A stretch of DNA of 64,000 bases from Alphaproteobacteria bacterium (GTDB lineage Bacteria; Pseudomonadota; Alphaproteobacteria; GCA-2731375): assembly GCA_965238305.1 (NCBI GenBank), contig CBDEHK010000001.1, forward strand, positions 449,355 to 513,354, given 5' to 3'. The translations under genes and the position numbers were made by a program. Of this stretch, positions 61,601-64,000 are shown one piece after another. The notes beneath the pieces were generated by a model. That model was given only the letters and a program-made list of their open reading frames with translations, was not told where the DNA came from and did not search any database. How positions within the stretch are numbered: position 1 is the first letter of the stretch; each line of letters begins with the position of its first letter.

Positions 61601-62029
61601 CTATTTTGTTACCAGACCCTTAAAAGATTTGGCCGCGATCTGTTTAAACACGTCCTTGCCCTGCTGAATTTGATTGTTATAGACCAAATTCCAATCGGTC
61701 GTGATCGCGCCGTTAGCATAAAAACCGGTCCAGCCTGTAATCGACATACAATTGGCTTGGGCGTTGTTCCAATTGACGCTCCACGAGATCAGGTTGGCAT
61801 AGACATATCCAACCGCATCATAGGCGATATTCTGGCAACCTGTGTTCGGCGCCCGGTTTACGTAACTGCCCGTCAACTCGCCAGTTGGCGAAATCGTATT
61901 GATGGTGAAAGTCGATCCATATTGGTTCTGCCAAGCCGATAACCCAGCCAGCTGGCTTTCCTCGCTCTGAGCGGTATAGCTAAAGAAAGCCAATGTGAAC
62001 GTCAGGATCAAACTCAAAATATGTTTCAT
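61601..62029 (-). CDS. Avidin-family biotin-binding protein (rhizavidin/hoefavidin-like), secreted
   Basis: Signal peptide MKHILSLILTFTLAFFSYTAQS; mature SAWQNQYGSTFTINTISPTGELTGSYVNRAPNTGCQNIAYDAVGYVYANLISWSVNWNNAQANCMSITGWTGFYA...TDWNLVY...QGKDVF. This matches the avidin/streptavidin beta-barrel signature (WxNQxGST, GxYxNR, SWxVxWxN, TGWTG, WNL) and the Cys pair of rhizavidin; GAGGAAA RBS. Confidence 0.85.
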   Translation of the reverse strand: MKHILSLILTFTLAFFSYTAQSEESQLAGLSAWQNQYGSTFTINTISPTGELTGSYVNRAPNTGCQNIAYDAVGYVYANLISWSVNWNNAQANCMSITGWTGFYANGAITTDWNLVYNNQIQQGKDVFKQIAAKSFKGLVTK

Positions 62030-62321
62030 TGTATTAGTTTCCTCAAATTTTAAGTTGTTTTATTGAACAAAATCAGAACCCAAAACAGAGATACAGACGT
62101 ATATTATTCTACATAAAGTAATTGAATGCACGTATTTTTATTATTTAAATACGGTTTATAATTTCCGTTTAAATTCGCGCAAGTCTAATTATATGACATG
62201 TAGATCCGGCCCCAACGCTGATCGTCGGGAAATTCTGAACGAAATAAAAACAGCCTGCGAAATTCTCGCCGCTTATTTTCATCAACTTGTCATGGGGGTC
62301 GTTTTCTATGTCAGGGTTAGC

Positions 62322-62774
62322 TCAGAGCGATTTTTTCATATCGACCCGATCGAAACCGCTTTCCTGGCCGCGGTGATATTCCCGCCAGCCTATTTTGCGG
62401 TAGAGCGCAAGGTTTTCAACCATTTTGATGTTGGTGTAGAGACGTATTTCGCGGTAAGCCATTTCACGTGCCTGCTGATCCGCCAATTCAAGCAGCGCGC
62501 GCCCTAATCCTTGGCCCTGCACGTCCGGATGGACGGCGATATTGTCGAGGAGCAGATGGTCCTCTCGCCGCATTAACACCAAAGCGCCGGTTAGGCGTCC
62601 GCCAACCTCGGCCAGCCAAACAATATCATTCCGGATTTGTGCCGCATGGTCGTCAACCATCGGTCCGGGTTCGCGCCCCATTCGCGTGATGTAATGGCGA
62701 TACGCGTCCGCCACCAAATCGGTCATAGCCGGCGCATCATCCGCCTCAGCACGTCGCAGGGTCCAGTTGTTCAT
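62322..62774 (-). CDS. GNAT-family N-acetyltransferase
   Basis: [14 protein letters not shown] acetyl-CoA binding motif (Q/RxxGxG/A). Confidence 0.8.
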   Translation of the reverse strand: MNNWTLRRAEADDAPAMTDLVADAYRHYITRMGREPGPMVDDHAAQIRNDIVWLAEVGGRLTGALVLMRREDHLLLDNIAVHPDVQGQGLGRALLELADQQAREMAYREIRLYTNIKMVENLALYRKIGWREYHRGQESGFDRVDMKKSL

Positions 62775-64000
62775 TGATCGGGATCGCGCACCGCCCCATA
62801 GGCCGCAGAGCGGGTCATTTTGGCATAAGCCCGCAACGCCCGCGACACTGTGCGATCGCGGTCGATCGGCTGCCAGGCATTGCCTTCGCGCGCCACCATC
62901 GCTTGGTGGCGACGTTCAAGCTCCTGCGGATCGACGTTCAGGGTCAGCTTCCGGCCCGGGATATCGATCTCGATCTCATCACCGTTTTCCACCAAGGCGA
63001 TAAGGCCGCCTTCGGCGGCTTCCGGCGACATATGGCCAATTGACAAGCCGGAGGTGGCGCCAGAGAACCGGCCGTCGGTGATCAGGGCGCATTTTTTGCC
63101 CAAGCCGGCGGCTTTGATCATGCTGGTTGGCACCAACATTTCCTGCATACCGGGGCCGCCACGCGGTCCCTCGTAACGAATAACAACAACGTCGCCGGCC
63201 TTCACTTCGCTGCCGGCGATTCCGTCGGCGGCCTGATCCTGGCTTTCGAAAACCACTGCCGGGCCTTTGAACGACCAGATGCTTTCATCGACCCCGGCGG
63301 TTTTAACGATGCAACCTTCTTCCGCCAGATTGCCAACCAGCACGGCCAGGCCACCTTCTTTCGTATAAGCGTGCTCAATATCGCGGATGCAACCGCCTTC
63401 GCGGTCCAGATCGAGATCGGCATAGCGGTCATCCTGAGAGAAGGCGGTGATCGAAAAACGATTGCCGGGCGCGGCCTTGAAAAAATCGACCACACGCGCA
63501 TTGCTGCTGCGGCCGACGTCCCACATCGCCAGCTTATCGTCCAGATTATCGCCGGAGACGTCGTTGACGTCAATATTCAGCAAGCCGCCTTTTTCCAGCT
63601 CGCCCAGGATCGACATGACACCACCGGCGCGATGCACGTCTTCCATGTGATAATGCGGCACCGCCGGCGAAACTTTGCAAAGGTTCGGTACTTTCCGCGA
63701 CAGGCGGTCGATATCTTTCATGGTGAAATCGACTTCACCTTCATAGGCCGCCGCTAACAGGTGCAACACCGTATTAGTTGAGCCGCCCATGGCGATATCC
63801 AAACACATGGCGTTTTCGAAGGCGTCGAAATTGGCAATGTTGCGCGGCAGCACGCGCTCGTCTTCCAGTTCGTAGTAAGCCCGGGTCATTTCGACAATGC
63901 GCCGGCCGGCTTCCAGGAACAACTCCTTGCGGGCCCCGTGGGTGGCAACAATGCTGCCATTACCGGGTAGCGCGAGGCCCAGCGCTTCGGTCAGGCAGTT
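62771..64000 (-). CDS. ilvD: Dihydroxy-acid dehydratase (partial, 5' end outside window)
   Basis: C-terminal two-thirds of IlvD (…[11 protein letters not shown]-like [32 protein letters not shown]); the ORF continues beyond position 64000. Confidence 0.85.
   Translation of the reverse strand, partial: NCLTEALGLALPGNGSIVATHGARKELFLEAGRRIVEMTRAYYELEDERVLPRNIANFDAFENAMCLDIAMGGSTNTVLHLLAAAYEGEVDFTMKDIDRLSRKVPNLCKVSPAVPHYHMEDVHRAGGVMSILGELEKGGLLNIDVNDVSGDNLDDKLAMWDVGRSSNARVVDFFKAAPGNRFSITAFSQDDRYADLDLDREGGCIRDIEHAYTKEGGLAVLVGNLAEEGCIVKTAGVDESIWSFKGPAVVFESQDQAADGIAGSEVKAGDVVVIRYEGPRGGPGMQEMLVPTSMIKAAGLGKKCALITDGRFSGATSGLSIGHMSPEAAEGGLIALVENGDEIEIDIPGRKLTLNVDPQELERRHQAMVAREGNAWQPIDRDRTVSRALRAYAKMTRSAAYGAVRDPDQ

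Overview
This 64 kb window reads like a contiguous alphaproteobacterial chromosomal segment of moderate to high GC, with no rRNA, CRISPR array, transposase or integrase that I can see.

Left end, reading rightwards: a partial aconitase-family dehydratase (LeuC-like), a LysR regulator, and an sn-glycerol-3-phosphate uptake operon (ugpBAEC) followed by a GlpQ-like phosphodiesterase. A CoA-transferase-III-like gene is convergent with it.

A roughly 21 kb cobalamin (B12) biosynthesis and salvage supercluster follows, in this order: cobC, cbtBA, cobT, cobS, cobB, cbiD-cobK, cobM, a cbiG-cobJ fusion, cobI, cobL, cobH, cbiX, cobD, cobQ, cobO, cobN, cobW, cobU. A clear cobalamin riboswitch on the minus strand precedes cobU, and a His-rich NicO/RcnA-like Ni/Co transporter is divergent from it.

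A mosaic, apparently accessory stretch comes next:
- an orphan RTX-type protein with about eight propeller-like blade repeats, behind an AT-rich promoter region;
- a decayed copy of the NicO-like gene;
- a LysR-controlled stress trio (OsmC, truncated haemoglobin, GFA);
- a cyclase gene remnant truncated by a low-GC module (iorAB-type molybdo-dehydrogenase plus LysR) that abuts tRNA-Thr(CGU).

After the tRNA there is a partner-switching signalling module (RsbW-like kinase, STAS antagonist, CHASE2-PP2C sensor phosphatase, plus FecR-like, OmpA-like and MBL-fold proteins). Then come hemY, a Mic60/HemX-like gene, hemD, hemC, tsaD and gpsA.

The right end holds a tightly packed operon: two paralogous QueG/reductive-dehalogenase-like Fe-S proteins, a PaaK/F390-synthetase-like adenylating enzyme, an EVE (PUA-like) protein, a membrane class III nucleotide cyclase, and an amidohydrolase. 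A periplasmic sensor-like protein, a chemoreceptor (MCP), a rhizavidin-like avidin-family biotin-binding protein, a GNAT acetyltransferase and partial ilvD finish the window.

The candidates I rate most interesting are the QueG-like/PaaK/EVE operon, the avidin homologue, the orphan RTX propeller protein, and the rearrangement scars (NicO fragments, cyclase remnant) around the tRNA-Thr islet.
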